From Euryarchaeota archaeon UBA58 (GTDB taxonomy: Archaea; Thermoplasmatota; Poseidoniia; Poseidoniales; Thalassarchaeaceae): a stretch of 64,000 nt of DNA. The first letter of the stretch is position 1, and every line of letters starts with the position of its first letter. The stretch is taken from the NCBI GenBank assembly GCA_002498525.1, contig DAHR01000008.1, forward strand, positions 3,089 to 67,088, given 5' to 3'. Made by a program: the position numbers and the translations under genes. The notes under the pieces were generated by a model. The model saw only the letters and a list, made by a program, of their open reading frames with translations. It had not been told where the DNA came from and ran no database searches. Below are positions 9,314 through 18,759 of this stretch, piece after piece.

Positions 9314-10399
9314 GTGCGAGCCGTTGCGGGACTTCTCGTGGAAATCCGCCAGTGGCGTCAGATCGAGCGGGCTGGCGTCGAGCAGAATCGCTCCATTGAG
9401 TTTCAATGTCTCAGTGAAACCGTGACGATAGACAATCGCTCCTTGACCGTACTCCTTGACGTAGCGATCGACCTGTTTCTGCGTCTTCTTGCGTGGGAAG
9501 CGTAAATCGGCACCGAAGAAATGCTTGGCGTCGATCCAGGCACAAGGGACGCCGTTGATTCGCAGATCATCCAGAAGTAACAGATCCGGCGTGACGATGG
9601 CTCTCCCTTCAGTCTGTTTCTGCTCTTTCAGGAGTTCCTCCTGGCGGCGGAAGCGGATATCGAGGAAATCGAAATGAGCACAGAGGATGTCCTCGAAGAC
9701 CTCGGCTGCTGATTGGGTCTCGCTCTGATTCACCGAACTGACCTTGTCGGCCTCTTCGGCGCGGTTGAATTCTTCGCGATCCCTCTTGTTCAGTCGTTTC
9801 GAGTCTTTCAGAGTCTCTTTGATGCGATTCTTCGACCAGCCTCGACCTGTGAGAATCGCTCTGAAAGTGTTGACTGGCGGAGCATCGAATCGCTTCGCAA
9901 GAGTCAGAACACCCTCTCCTGCATTGTAGCGGCGGCAGAGTTGGTTCGAGTTGCGCATCAGTCGACCGTGAGAATGTACGCTCTTCTCTTGATTCAGCGC
10001 ACCGCGGAGTGAAAGCGCTTGTTCGATAGTGATCGGTAGATTGGCGATTTCGCCTCGGATATCGTCAACTCGCTCCTCGGGAAGATAACCGAACTCGCCT
10101 GGTTGGCAGACGATTTGACCCACTTTCTTCTGCACCGTCTTGGGCACCGCGTTGGTGCGCCAGCGTAGTCGCTGCTCTCGTGGAGGGGGATCGATGTTGG
10201 CTGGCAGGCCCATCGGAGGTGGGTCCTGCTTGAAGCGCGCGAGGGCGCGCTCGACCGCTTCGGGGTCTCCCTTTGACCACGGCTGCGGAGATTGTTCCGC
10301 GGCCGGCTTCCTTCGTGGTCGGCGCCTTCTGCGCCGGCCACCGCCGTCCTTCTTTTCACTCAACGACGCCTTCGAGTCGAGGGCCGTCCATGAACCCAC
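9308..10399 (-). CDS. CDIN1/C15orf41-like PD-(D/E)XK nuclease-fold protein with basic N-terminus
   Basis: The C-terminal TPDLLLLDDLRINGVPCAWIDAKHFFGA...YVKEYGQGAIVYRHGFTETL...AILL aligns motif-for-motif with human CDIN1 [28 protein letters not shown]...[20 protein letters not shown]...GILL (human sequence recalled from memory). Arg-rich N-terminus (GGGRRRRRRPRRK). Confidence 0.6.
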   Translation of the reverse strand: MGSWTALDSKASLSEKKDGGGRRRRRRPRRKPAAEQSPQPWSKGDPEAVERALARFKQDPPPMGLPANIDPPPREQRLRWRTNAVPKTVQKKVGQIVCQPGEFGYLPEERVDDIRGEIANLPITIEQALSLRGALNQEKSVHSHGRLMRNSNQLCRRYNAGEGVLTLAKRFDAPPVNTFRAILTGRGWSKNRIKETLKDSKRLNKRDREEFNRAEEADKVSSVNQSETQSAAEVFEDILCAHFDFLDIRFRRQEELLKEQKQTEGRAIVTPDLLLLDDLRINGVPCAWIDAKHFFGADLRFPRKKTQKQVDRYVKEYGQGAIVYRHGFTETLKLNGAILLDASPLDLTPLADFHEKSRNGSHS

Positions 10400-10457
10400 C
10401 GAGTGAGGGTGTCTCGGACTCGTGGCCGTGAGGGTTCAGACTCAGTGCAAATAATGC

Positions 10458-10793
10458 TCAGACTCGACGCCGCGCGTAGGCATCGTAGGCCAGATCGCGC
10501 AATGGTCTTGGGACCAACCAAAGGATTGCGCCCAAGGGCCAGGGAAAACGAAGTCGAAGAAGAATCCGGATGCTGGCAGCCGATTTTGCGAACCACCGCC
10601 CGTGAGCGTCGCGGAGGAAAATGGAGTCGAGCTCCTGCATGGAATCTGGCAGGGTTGTGAGCAAGGCTCGGCCATCCTCACTCTCCTGGGCGACGAGTTC
10701 GATGTGGGCCTTCGGGTCGCTTTTAGAGACGAATTCAGCCCAGCCTGAACAGACTCGGCAGGAACCGTCGTAGAGTAGAGTGGCATCGGCCAT
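10458..10793 (-). CDS. Thiol-disulfide oxidoreductase DCC family (DUF393)
   Basis: N-terminal LLYDGSCRVCSGWAEF (the YDGxCxxC signature of the family), 111 aa. Confidence 0.75.
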   Translation of the reverse strand: MADATLLYDGSCRVCSGWAEFVSKSDPKAHIELVAQESEDGRALLTTLPDSMQELDSIFLRDAHGRWFAKSAASIRILLRLRFPWPLGAILWLVPRPLRDLAYDAYARRRV

Positions 10794-10802
10794 TTCTCAC
10801 CC

Positions 10803-13667
10803 TCAGAGGAATGCGATTCCAGGCTCGAGTGGGAATGCGATTCGGGCTTTGCCGCCGACATCCTCGCCACCCCCCACGGCATAGACCGTGACCGATTCAA
10901 CGGCCAAAGCGAGAGCGATGAAGTCGGTATTTTCGTCGAGCATTGCCGCTTCGTCGAAGCCCTCCAAGAGCAACGATTTCTCCCCCTCCGACCAAGTATG
11001 AATCCTCCCACGCTTCTTCTTCGAACCCATCGCCAGAACCATCCAGGTCTGGAATATCTCGCCGCGAAGAGCCTCGTTTTCGAAAATCGGCAGCGACTTC
11101 AGGTGGTTCTGGCCCTCGGCCCTGAAATCGAAATCAGCAGCAGCAAGCCCGACCGCCTCGCGAGCCAACTCACTCTTCCAAGCAGCCGCAGTCTGAATCA
11201 CAGCCTGAGTGATCGGCGCATCCGAATGGCGCTCAGCCAAAACCCGAATATTGCGCCCAGAATCAATCACATCGCGCAAGTAGGCCTCGCGAGCAAGTAT
11301 CGCAACATCAGAAGCATTCTCCCCAACATCGCCAAAGACATGACTCGCAAGTATCCCAGCACCACCCAGGTCAGACCAAAACTCCTCGGCAATATGTGGA
11401 GTTGCAGGAGCGAGAATAGGCGCCCAACCCGCCATGAATAGCCGCGCAGTGGCGCGGTCAGCCCCTCCGCGCCGCAAATACCACTGCCAATCAGCAAGCA
11501 TCTCGAAATGACTCGCCATCACAGCCTCGCGCAGGCTCACAGCCGTCATCGCAGCCAGCCAGCGGGCCTGATTCACACGCAGCCGAGCCAGCAACCAACC
11601 ATCCATGGATGTGGGCGAGTCTGCCAACGAAGAAGCAACCGAGAAGGCCTCGATGATGCCCAGAAGGTGTTTGTGATTCGCCTCGACCGCGGTGTCAGAC
11701 CAGTCCATCCCAGCCTCAGGATTGGCTCCGAAGAGAATGAACAGACGAATCGTATCAGCGCCATACTTCTCGACCATCAGACCCGGGCTCACGGTATTGC
11801 CCAGCGACTTGCCCATCTTCACCGAACGCGAACCCAACCCAGCTCCACAGGTCTGGCAGTCGCCGCCGAAATGATCGACGTGATATTCAGTATTGCAATC
11901 AGCGCAGAAGGGAGCGGGCGCATTGAGCATGCCTTGGCAGACTAGGCGCCCGAACGGTTCAGAAACGGAATTCATTCCAAGATCGCGCATGGCCTTGGTG
12001 AAGAAGCGAGCATAGAGAAGGTGCATCACAGCGTGTTCGATGCCACCGATGTAGAGGTCGACTCCGCCGTCCATCCAGTAATCCGCAGTGGCTTTGTCGA
12101 AGGCGGCGGAGTCGTTGCTGGCATCTGCGAAGCGCATGAAATACCAGGATGAATCGTAGAATGTGTCCATCGTATCGGTCTCACGTTGCGCCGCTTGCCC
12201 GCACTTTGGGCAAGTTGTGTTGAGGAATTCTGAGTGGCTGGCAAGCGGGTTGCCGCTCTCCTCCCAACTGAACACTGCATCGAGCGGCAAGGTGACTGGG
12301 AGGTCAGAAATAGCGACAGGAACAACTCCGCAGTCAGCGCAATGGACCATCGGAATCGGTGTTCCCCAGAAGCGCTGACGGCTCAGCAGCCAGTCGCGCA
12401 GGCGATACTGAATCGTACCATGCCCAGAACCTTCAGCCTCCAAAGCGGCGATAACTGCAGACTTCGCAGCCTCGCCGAAGAGCCCGTCGAATTCAGACCG
12501 ACTCGAATTGACCATCCAGCCGAGGCCATCGAAGACAGGGTCTTCCTCGATGCCTTCGCCACCCTCATTCCTCGTCAGAACCGGCAGCACCGGAATGCCG
12601 TATTTCTTGGCGAAATCATAGTCGCGCTGATCGTGGCCGGGAACCGCCATGACAGCGCCAGTGCCATAACTCGCAACGACGAAGTTACCAGCGTAGATCG
12701 GCACTTCTTCGCCATTCAGAGGATTGATTGCAAAGCGCCCGAGAGGAACGCCTTTCTTCTCCTTCAGCATATTGATTCGCTCAAATTCAGACAATTTCGC
12801 GCACTCGTCAGCCAATTCGCGCCAACCCGCCTCAAACTCAGTGCCAGCGACCAAATCCTCGCAAAGTGGATGCTCGGGTGAAAGCGTCACGAAAGTCACT
12901 CCGAAAATCGTGTCCGGCCGCGTCGTGAAAGCTCCAATCACAGCATCGGCACCAGCAACCTCGCCAACCACAGGAAAATCGATGTGAGCGCCGGACGAGC
13001 GGCCAATCCAATTGCGTTGCATCGCCTTGACATTCTCTGGGAATTCGATGTTGTCGAGCTCGTCGAGCAACTCGTCGGCATAGTCGGTCATCTTGAGGAA
13101 CCATTGCGCCATGTCCTTCTGAACGACCTCCAAACCGCACCGCCAACAGCGGTTGTTCTTCACCTGCTCATTGGCCAATACAGTGTCGCAATCCTCACAC
13201 CAATTCACCGGAGCAGTGCGTCTCTCGACCAGCCCCGCCTCATTGAAACGGATGAAAATCTCTTGATTCCAGCGATAATATTCGGGTGTCGATGTCGTCA
13301 GTGTGCGCCGCCAGTCGTAGGAATATCCCATCCTCTCCTGATCGGCCCGAATCATCGAGATATTGCGCTCTGTAACCGTGTGCGGGTGCCCGCCTTCCTT
13401 CTTCGCCGCGTTCTCGGCGGGCATCCCGAAGGAATCGTATCCCATCGGATAGAGTACGTTCATTCCCATCAAGCGCTGGAAACGAGCCATCGCATCGCCG
13501 ATCGAGTAGTTTCGAACGTGGCCCATGTGCATATTGCCGGAGGGGTAGGGAAACATCTCGAGGCAGTAGAACTTCGGCCGCGAGGGGTCGAAATCAGCGT
13601 CGAAAACACCAGCATCACGCCAACGCGCCTGCCATCGCGTCTCGATTTCTGCGGAATCGTATGCCAT
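10803..13667 (-). CDS. leuS: Leucine--tRNA ligase
   Basis: HIGH-type motif PYPSGNMHMGHVRNY, KMSKS-type motif VKMGKSLGN, CP1 editing region, Zn-binding cysteines. Start moved to MAYDSAEIETRWQARW (ATG at 13667); the track ORF extends to 13835. Confidence 0.95.
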   Translation of the reverse strand: MAYDSAEIETRWQARWRDAGVFDADFDPSRPKFYCLEMFPYPSGNMHMGHVRNYSIGDAMARFQRLMGMNVLYPMGYDSFGMPAENAAKKEGGHPHTVTERNISMIRADQERMGYSYDWRRTLTTSTPEYYRWNQEIFIRFNEAGLVERRTAPVNWCEDCDTVLANEQVKNNRCWRCGLEVVQKDMAQWFLKMTDYADELLDELDNIEFPENVKAMQRNWIGRSSGAHIDFPVVGEVAGADAVIGAFTTRPDTIFGVTFVTLSPEHPLCEDLVAGTEFEAGWRELADECAKLSEFERINMLKEKKGVPLGRFAINPLNGEEVPIYAGNFVVASYGTGAVMAVPGHDQRDYDFAKKYGIPVLPVLTRNEGGEGIEEDPVFDGLGWMVNSSRSEFDGLFGEAAKSAVIAALEAEGSGHGTIQYRLRDWLLSRQRFWGTPIPMVHCADCGVVPVAISDLPVTLPLDAVFSWEESGNPLASHSEFLNTTCPKCGQAAQRETDTMDTFYDSSWYFMRFADASNDSAAFDKATADYWMDGGVDLYIGGIEHAVMHLLYARFFTKAMRDLGMNSVSEPFGRLVCQGMLNAPAPFCADCNTEYHVDHFGGDCQTCGAGLGSRSVKMGKSLGNTVSPGLMVEKYGADTIRLFILFGANPEAGMDWSDTAVEANHKHLLGIIEAFSVASSLADSPTSMDGWLLARLRVNQARWLAAMTAVSLREAVMASHFEMLADWQWYLRRGGADRATARLFMAGWAPILAPATPHIAEEFWSDLGGAGILASHVFGDVGENASDVAILAREAYLRDVIDSGRNIRVLAERHSDAPITQAVIQTAAAWKSELAREAVGLAAADFDFRAEGQNHLKSLPIFENEALRGEIFQTWMVLAMGSKKKRGRIHTWSEGEKSLLLEGFDEAAMLDENTDFIALALAVESVTVYAVGGGEDVGGKARIAFPLEPGIAFL

Positions 13668-13867
13668 TCTCTCATTTCCCATTCGAACTTCATCGGGAGC
13701 ATTCAGGCTCCCGGCAGAAGCAGTAAGTCGGGCGCGAGCCCGCCGTCTCGGGGTTGTGAAGCGGGCATTGGTGCCACGAGTCGCCGTCGCGCGGTCTCGA
13801 TTTGAAGACTGCGCCGCGCGCGAGGCCGCCGCCACGCCTATGCGTTGTGAGGGGGTGCGAGGAATCG

Positions 13868-14620
13868 ATGCTGGCCGACGGTGAGTTCGATATCCGTGAT
13901 GGCGGCGACGGTATCGAGGTCTGGGTCACCCAGATGGGTGATTACATGAACATGAACACCGCTTGGATCGACCGTGCTTCAGGCACGGTCGCAGTAGTCG
14001 ACCCATTCGACTCCGCCCGCTGGGTCGAAGCACTTGCAGCAGAAGGACTGCGCCCCACTCATCTACTCTACACCCACACCCACCGCGACCATACTGCGGG
14101 CTATGATGAGATGATGAAATTAGTTCCCGAGGTGGATGTCTGGGGACACCGCGAGGCGATTCACAAGAGTCTGATGGGACGCTTCGTCTTCGGTAACATC
14201 TCACTGTCGAAGGAATGGACGCACCCACCCAACTCGACTGTTGAATGGAGTGCCGGCGGAATCACGCTCGGAATCACCAACTCGCCCGGCCACGCACCCG
14301 GTCATGTCACCATCCACGGCTACGGCGTCTACCACGCTGGCGACCTACTGTTCACAGCCGCTTCGGGGCGGGTCGATCTACCCGGGTCTGACCCGACCGC
14401 CCAATGGCACAGTGTCTTGTACGCGCGCGGACTGCTGCGCACGCTACCTCCTGATTGGCGCCTCATCCCCGGGCATCGCTACGATTGGATAGATGGGTCG
14501 ACACCCGATTGGGTCAGTTTAGCCGACGCGCTCGCCTACAATTACGCCCTAAACGCGCGCGAATTGGAAATGTTCGAACAATTGCCGTTTCAGCGCTTCG
14601 ATGACGATATCGCTGCTTGA
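13868..14620 (+). CDS. Metallo-beta-lactamase fold hydrolase (glyoxalase II-like)
   Basis: HxHxDH motif in LLYTHTHRDHTAGY; further His/Asp ligands (SPGHAPGH, HAGDLLF, GHRYD). Start at ATG 13868. Confidence 0.75.
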   Translation: MLADGEFDIRDGGDGIEVWVTQMGDYMNMNTAWIDRASGTVAVVDPFDSARWVEALAAEGLRPTHLLYTHTHRDHTAGYDEMMKLVPEVDVWGHREAIHKSLMGRFVFGNISLSKEWTHPPNSTVEWSAGGITLGITNSPGHAPGHVTIHGYGVYHAGDLLFTAASGRVDLPGSDPTAQWHSVLYARGLLRTLPPDWRLIPGHRYDWIDGSTPDWVSLADALAYNYALNARELEMFEQLPFQRFDDDIAA

Positions 14621-14630
14621 TTGCGGGCCG

Positions 14631-15137
14631 TCAATCCACGTCTTCGCCGATTTGATCGAGAACCTTGGACGATTCCTCTTCCAGTGAATGCGAGTGGTCT
14701 TTCTCACGCACCGAGCGCAGTGCATCGATTGGAATCCATTCGTCGGGGATCAAACGCCACGGCGTCACGAAGGCTACGAGCCCCAACAGAATCTGGCTTC
14801 CAGGAATCATGAAGACTCGCAGTGGTGGAACCACCAGAGAGAGGTCGGCAAGACTGTTTTTCGCCTTTTTCTTGTTAGCCCTCGAGACTTTTCGGCCAAG
14901 GACGATCTGCGCCAGAATCGCTGATGTCTCGCCGAATTCTTCGGCCCCGATCTTCGTCGTGTCCCAAGCCTTCTCGATTCCGGCCCCCCAATCACGAGGA
15001 TTCTTCGCGACTTCGGTGATTTCTTTGCGGGATTTATCAGGCAGCCTACGAATGACTGCTGCCGCACCGCCCAAAAGCAGTGGAATCCAACGAAATATCG
15101 ATTTGAAGAAGATCGAGATGCGCCCCATCGATTGCAC
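14631..15137 (-). CDS. Hypothetical protein (one or two hydrophobic segments)
   Basis: 168-aa ORF that fills the gap between the MBL gene and aceE. I recognise no family. Confidence 0.4.
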   Translation of the reverse strand: MQSMGRISIFFKSIFRWIPLLLGGAAAVIRRLPDKSRKEITEVAKNPRDWGAGIEKAWDTTKIGAEEFGETSAILAQIVLGRKVSRANKKKAKNSLADLSLVVPPLRVFMIPGSQILLGLVAFVTPWRLIPDEWIPIDALRSVREKDHSHSLEEESSKVLDQIGEDVD

Positions 15138-15210
15138 CTAAGTAACCGACTCGTATGAGGTGAACGCCGGCATCGCGTTCAATCAACGGCCAACTAGGCC
15201 ACTCCGTGGC

Positions 15211-17880
15211 TCACTCGGTCTTGTCGTAGCGTTCTCGCACCACGCCCATCTCTTCTGCCGCAGCATCGGTCGTGCCTGCATCCAAATTGCCTTCGCGCTC
15301 GAGCGTCGAGAGCGCGGCGAGGACGATACTGTCGGTATCGATCTCGAAGAACCGGCGCAGGGCTTCACGCGAGTCTGAGCGCCCGAAGCCGTCGGTGCCC
15401 AGAACCGTGTACCGGCCACCGACCCATCGCTGGATCATCTCAGGCACCGCAGCGATGTAATCTGAAGCAGCAATAGTAGGTGTATCGTCGCCGAAACATT
15501 CGGCGACGTAAGCCACCGACTCATCCTGAGGATGCAATCTGCTGTGACGTTCTGCAGCGAGGCCCGCCCGGCGCAGTTCACCATAGGAAGTGACTGACCA
15601 TACATCGGTTCTAACTCCGAGTTTTGAGAGTTTTTCAGCAGCCTCTCGGACATGCGAAAGAATCGGACCAGAGCCTAGCAGTCTAACGATTGGTTGGTTA
15701 CCTTTACCGGCCTTTGACAGTTGGTAAGCACCCTTTATGATGCCCTCGTCCACAGCCTCGGGTTTGGCCGGTTGCTGCTCGTTCTGATTGTACAGCATCA
15801 CATAGTGGAAAACGTCCATATCGCGCCCCCACATCTCTTCGATTCCGTTACGGATTATCGTCGCCAACTCATACGCGTACGCAGGATCCCAAGCTCGGCA
15901 ATAGGGCACCGTACTGGCGTGAAGAAGAGAGTGCCCGTCCTGGTGTTGCAGGCCTTCGCCGTTCAGCGTTGTACGACCCGCGGTGGCTGCCATGAGGAAT
16001 CCACGGCAACGGGCGTCGGAGGCTGCCCAAATCTGATCTCCGACACGTTGGAAACCGAACATCGAGTAGAATGTGTAGAATGGTAGAGTCGGGCAGTTGG
16101 TGTGTGAATATGATGTTCCAGATGCGATCCAAGTCGCCATCGAATTTGCTTCTGAAATTCCTTCTTGGATGATTTGACCGGTCTGACTTTCCTTGTAATT
16201 CATCAGCATCATGTGGTCGACCGGCTTGTATTTCTGGCCGAACAATGAGAAGATTCCGAATTCGCTGAAAAGTGGATCCATTCCGAAGGTTCGGCCTTCG
16301 TCGGGGATGATTGGGACTATGCGCTCGCCGATGTTGGACTTTAGCAGATTCCGTAGGACGCGGACGAAGGCCATCGTGGTTGAGACCTGCTGACCTTCGG
16401 GCGTGCCTGCGTCGAACTCGGAGTAGCTCTCCGGATCGGGCAGTTCGAGGTCGATTGACGGTGAGTTTCGATTCGGTAAAGAACCACCTAGTTGGTTGCG
16501 TTTCGCCATCAGATATTCGTGGGCTTCCGACTCCTCGTCGAGGGTGTTGAATGGGTTGTCTTCGAGTCGCTCGTCAGGGATTTGCAATTCAAGCCCCAAA
16601 GCATCTCGGTAGGCTGTGAGGTCATCACCTGACATCTTCTTCTTCTGGTGAGTGGTATTCCTTCCTGCGAATGATTCGATCCCCCAGCCCTTCACGGTAT
16701 GAGCCAGAATGACTGCTGGACCGTCCGCCGCTTCAGCCGCGGCATAGGCGGCGTAGACCTTGTGCGGGTCGTGGCCGCCGCGGTGCAGTGAAGCGATCTC
16801 AGCATCGGTCAGGCTCGCTCCAAGAGCCTCGAGAGGCGCATTTCCTGAGAAGACCTCGGCTCTAAATTCGGCAGGCTCAAGGATGCTCAAACGTTGGAAA
16901 TCGCCATCGGTGATCTCTTCCAAACGAGCCAGTAGAGCGCCGTCAACATCACGGGCCAGAACCTTGTCCCAGGCCGAATCCCAGAGTACTTTGTAGACCT
17001 GCCAGCCAGCACCACGGTAGAGCCCCTCCAACTCTTGGATGATCTTCGAATTGCCACGCACGGGCCCATCCAACCTCTGCAGATTGCAATTGATGACTAC
17101 AATCAGGTTGTCGAGGCGCTCGCGGCCTGCAATCGCAATCGAAGCGATCGCCTCGGGCTCGTCCATCTCGCCATCTCCCAAAAATGCGAAAACGCGGCTT
17201 GCTGAAGTATCGGCCAAGCCGCGCAGATGCAGATATTTCCAGAAGCGAGCATGCATCACAGCAGCGAGTGGGCCAAGCCCCATCGAGACCGTTGGATATT
17301 CCCAGAAATCCTTCATCAGGCGAGGGTGTGGATAGGAGGAGAGTCCGTCTTTGAACGCCTCTTGGCGGAAGTTCGTCACTTGCTCAAGGGTCAGTCGCCC
17401 CTCGAGGAAAGCGCGAGCATAAATTCCAGGACTGACGTGCCCCTGAATGTACAGCGCATCGCCGATTCCATTGCTTTCCTTGCCGCGGAAGACGTGGTTG
17501 AAACCGACTTCGTAGAGAGTCGAAGCAGATGTGTAAGAGCTGATGTGTCCACCGATTCCGTCGAGCCGGCGGTTGGCATCGCTGACCATCACCGCCGCAT
17601 TCCACAAGACTGCGTTTTGAATTTCAGCCTCCAGTTCGAGATTGCCCGGATATAGAGGCTGGTCTTCCAGTGGGATGGTGTTGAGATAGGGTGTTCTAGA
17701 CAGCGGTGCAACTTCGATCGAGAGGTCGCGAGCCTCGCTCATCAACTCGTGCAGAAGCATGCGAGCCCGCTCGATTCCCTGAGCATCGACGACAGAGCGC
17801 AGCGCCTCCAGCCACTCATCGGTCTCTTCCGAATCGATGTCGGGGAGTCGCTGTCTGTGGTTGTCAGTCATGAACGACAT
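15211..17880 (-). CDS. aceE: Pyruvate dehydrogenase E1 component, homodimeric (AceE) type
   Basis: About 890 aa. DIDSEETDEWLEALRSVV N-terminus, GGHISSYTSASTLYEVGFNHVFRG, and ThDP-binding FLGDGEMDEPE...N. Start moved to ATG 17880 (MSFMTDNH). Confidence 0.85.
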   Translation of the reverse strand: MSFMTDNHRQRLPDIDSEETDEWLEALRSVVDAQGIERARMLLHELMSEARDLSIEVAPLSRTPYLNTIPLEDQPLYPGNLELEAEIQNAVLWNAAVMVSDANRRLDGIGGHISSYTSASTLYEVGFNHVFRGKESNGIGDALYIQGHVSPGIYARAFLEGRLTLEQVTNFRQEAFKDGLSSYPHPRLMKDFWEYPTVSMGLGPLAAVMHARFWKYLHLRGLADTSASRVFAFLGDGEMDEPEAIASIAIAGRERLDNLIVVINCNLQRLDGPVRGNSKIIQELEGLYRGAGWQVYKVLWDSAWDKVLARDVDGALLARLEEITDGDFQRLSILEPAEFRAEVFSGNAPLEALGASLTDAEIASLHRGGHDPHKVYAAYAAAEAADGPAVILAHTVKGWGIESFAGRNTTHQKKKMSGDDLTAYRDALGLELQIPDERLEDNPFNTLDEESEAHEYLMAKRNQLGGSLPNRNSPSIDLELPDPESYSEFDAGTPEGQQVSTTMAFVRVLRNLLKSNIGERIVPIIPDEGRTFGMDPLFSEFGIFSLFGQKYKPVDHMMLMNYKESQTGQIIQEGISEANSMATWIASGTSYSHTNCPTLPFYTFYSMFGFQRVGDQIWAASDARCRGFLMAATAGRTTLNGEGLQHQDGHSLLHASTVPYCRAWDPAYAYELATIIRNGIEEMWGRDMDVFHYVMLYNQNEQQPAKPEAVDEGIIKGAYQLSKAGKGNQPIVRLLGSGPILSHVREAAEKLSKLGVRTDVWSVTSYGELRRAGLAAERHSRLHPQDESVAYVAECFGDDTPTIAASDYIAAVPEMIQRWVGGRYTVLGTDGFGRSDSREALRRFFEIDTDSIVLAALSTLEREGNLDAGTTDAAAEEMGVVRERYDKTE

Positions 17881-18103
17881 CCTGCCCTTTGGGCAGAATC
17901 CCGAGATGAGGACCCGTTTTGAATGGTCGCCCTCGCACAGAGCGCGAGTGCCTCTCATACGCTGAGTGATTGAGTGGGCAGCCTCGAAGCATTGCAGCAA
18001 CGGAAGAAGGGAAGGCGTAGAGGTTCCTTTCACCGCGCGCTCTCGGTTGACTACCGAGCGGAGGCTCACAGCGATGCGGATTAACCCGAGTTTGCGAGGC
18101 TGT

Positions 18104-18739
18104 TCAGGCTTTGTTTCGGCGTTTTGATGTCGATGACTGTTTGTTGGGTCCGATGGATATCAAGTGACACTCGTGGACGGTGCGGATACCTGCCACGGTT
18201 ATCGCTGAATCACCAAGGATGCAACGTGCTCCACCCCACTGCTTGACCGCGCGCTCAACCGTGCATTTTCCGGCTGGATTGTTGGGGTCTACTTTGAGTT
18301 CGACCTCGACGTCGTCGAGGTCTCCAAGCCAGCGCAGGGTGGCTTGAATCGACTTGCTCGCAAGACCCCTGCGCTGTTCTGATGATCGGACCCAGTAGCC
18401 GATGTTCCATTCGGCGGTTCCCGACCGCGTGACGCGGTCGAAACCGATGAGGCCGAGAACGACTTCGTCCCACGGCCTGACCATCACCCAGTGATGCAGT
18501 CTGCCAGCCCGGCCCATCCTCTCTGTCTCTTCGAGGAAGGAGGCGATCTGCTCATCGATGGGCATCTCGGGAAGGATCCATGGCATTGCCCTGCTGACTT
18601 CGGGCCAAGTCTCCTCGAAAGCCTCGATGAGTTGGTTCGTGTGAGTGGCGTTCGCAGGGCGCAGGATCAAGCCTTCGTCGACGCGAATCGTCGTCGTCGC
18701 CCGGCGCTGCATGCGATTGGGGCGGTGCCGCTTCTGCAT
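18104..18739 (-). CDS. GNAT family N-acetyltransferase (RimJ/RimL-like)
   Basis: LILRPANATH...; acetyl-CoA-binding core WNIGYWVRSSEQRRGLASKSIQATLRWL. Confidence 0.7.
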   Translation of the reverse strand: MQKRHRPNRMQRRATTTIRVDEGLILRPANATHTNQLIEAFEETWPEVSRAMPWILPEMPIDEQIASFLEETERMGRAGRLHHWVMVRPWDEVVLGLIGFDRVTRSGTAEWNIGYWVRSSEQRRGLASKSIQATLRWLGDLDDVEVELKVDPNNPAGKCTVERAVKQWGGARCILGDSAITVAGIRTVHECHLISIGPNKQSSTSKRRNKA

Positions 18740-18759
18740 GAGGGCTGCGGCGCTTGGTT

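Noticed and set aside
12984-13805. 273-aa ORF on + antisense to leuS. Similar long antisense ORFs occur elsewhere (7398..8216 -, 7871..8689 -, 1600..2193 -, 28953..29648 +, 30211..31080 +, 35784..36527 -, 47702..48310 +, 55660..56232 +).
   Set aside because: Each lies entirely within a gene that has strong homology on the opposite strand. The Arg/Pro/Ser-rich translations are typical of GC-rich antisense frames.
13668-13835. N-terminal extensions proposed by the ORF track for leuS. The same applies to aceE 17881-18069, helicase 20195-20344, grxD 26748-26864, EamA 26378-26500, pyrE 43488-43559, polD 43579-43635 and ABC-F 60167-60259.
   Set aside because: The extensions are Arg/Ser/Pro-rich and have no homology. 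Family-typical N-termini begin at internal ATGs, and the shorter starts remove overlaps with neighbouring genes.
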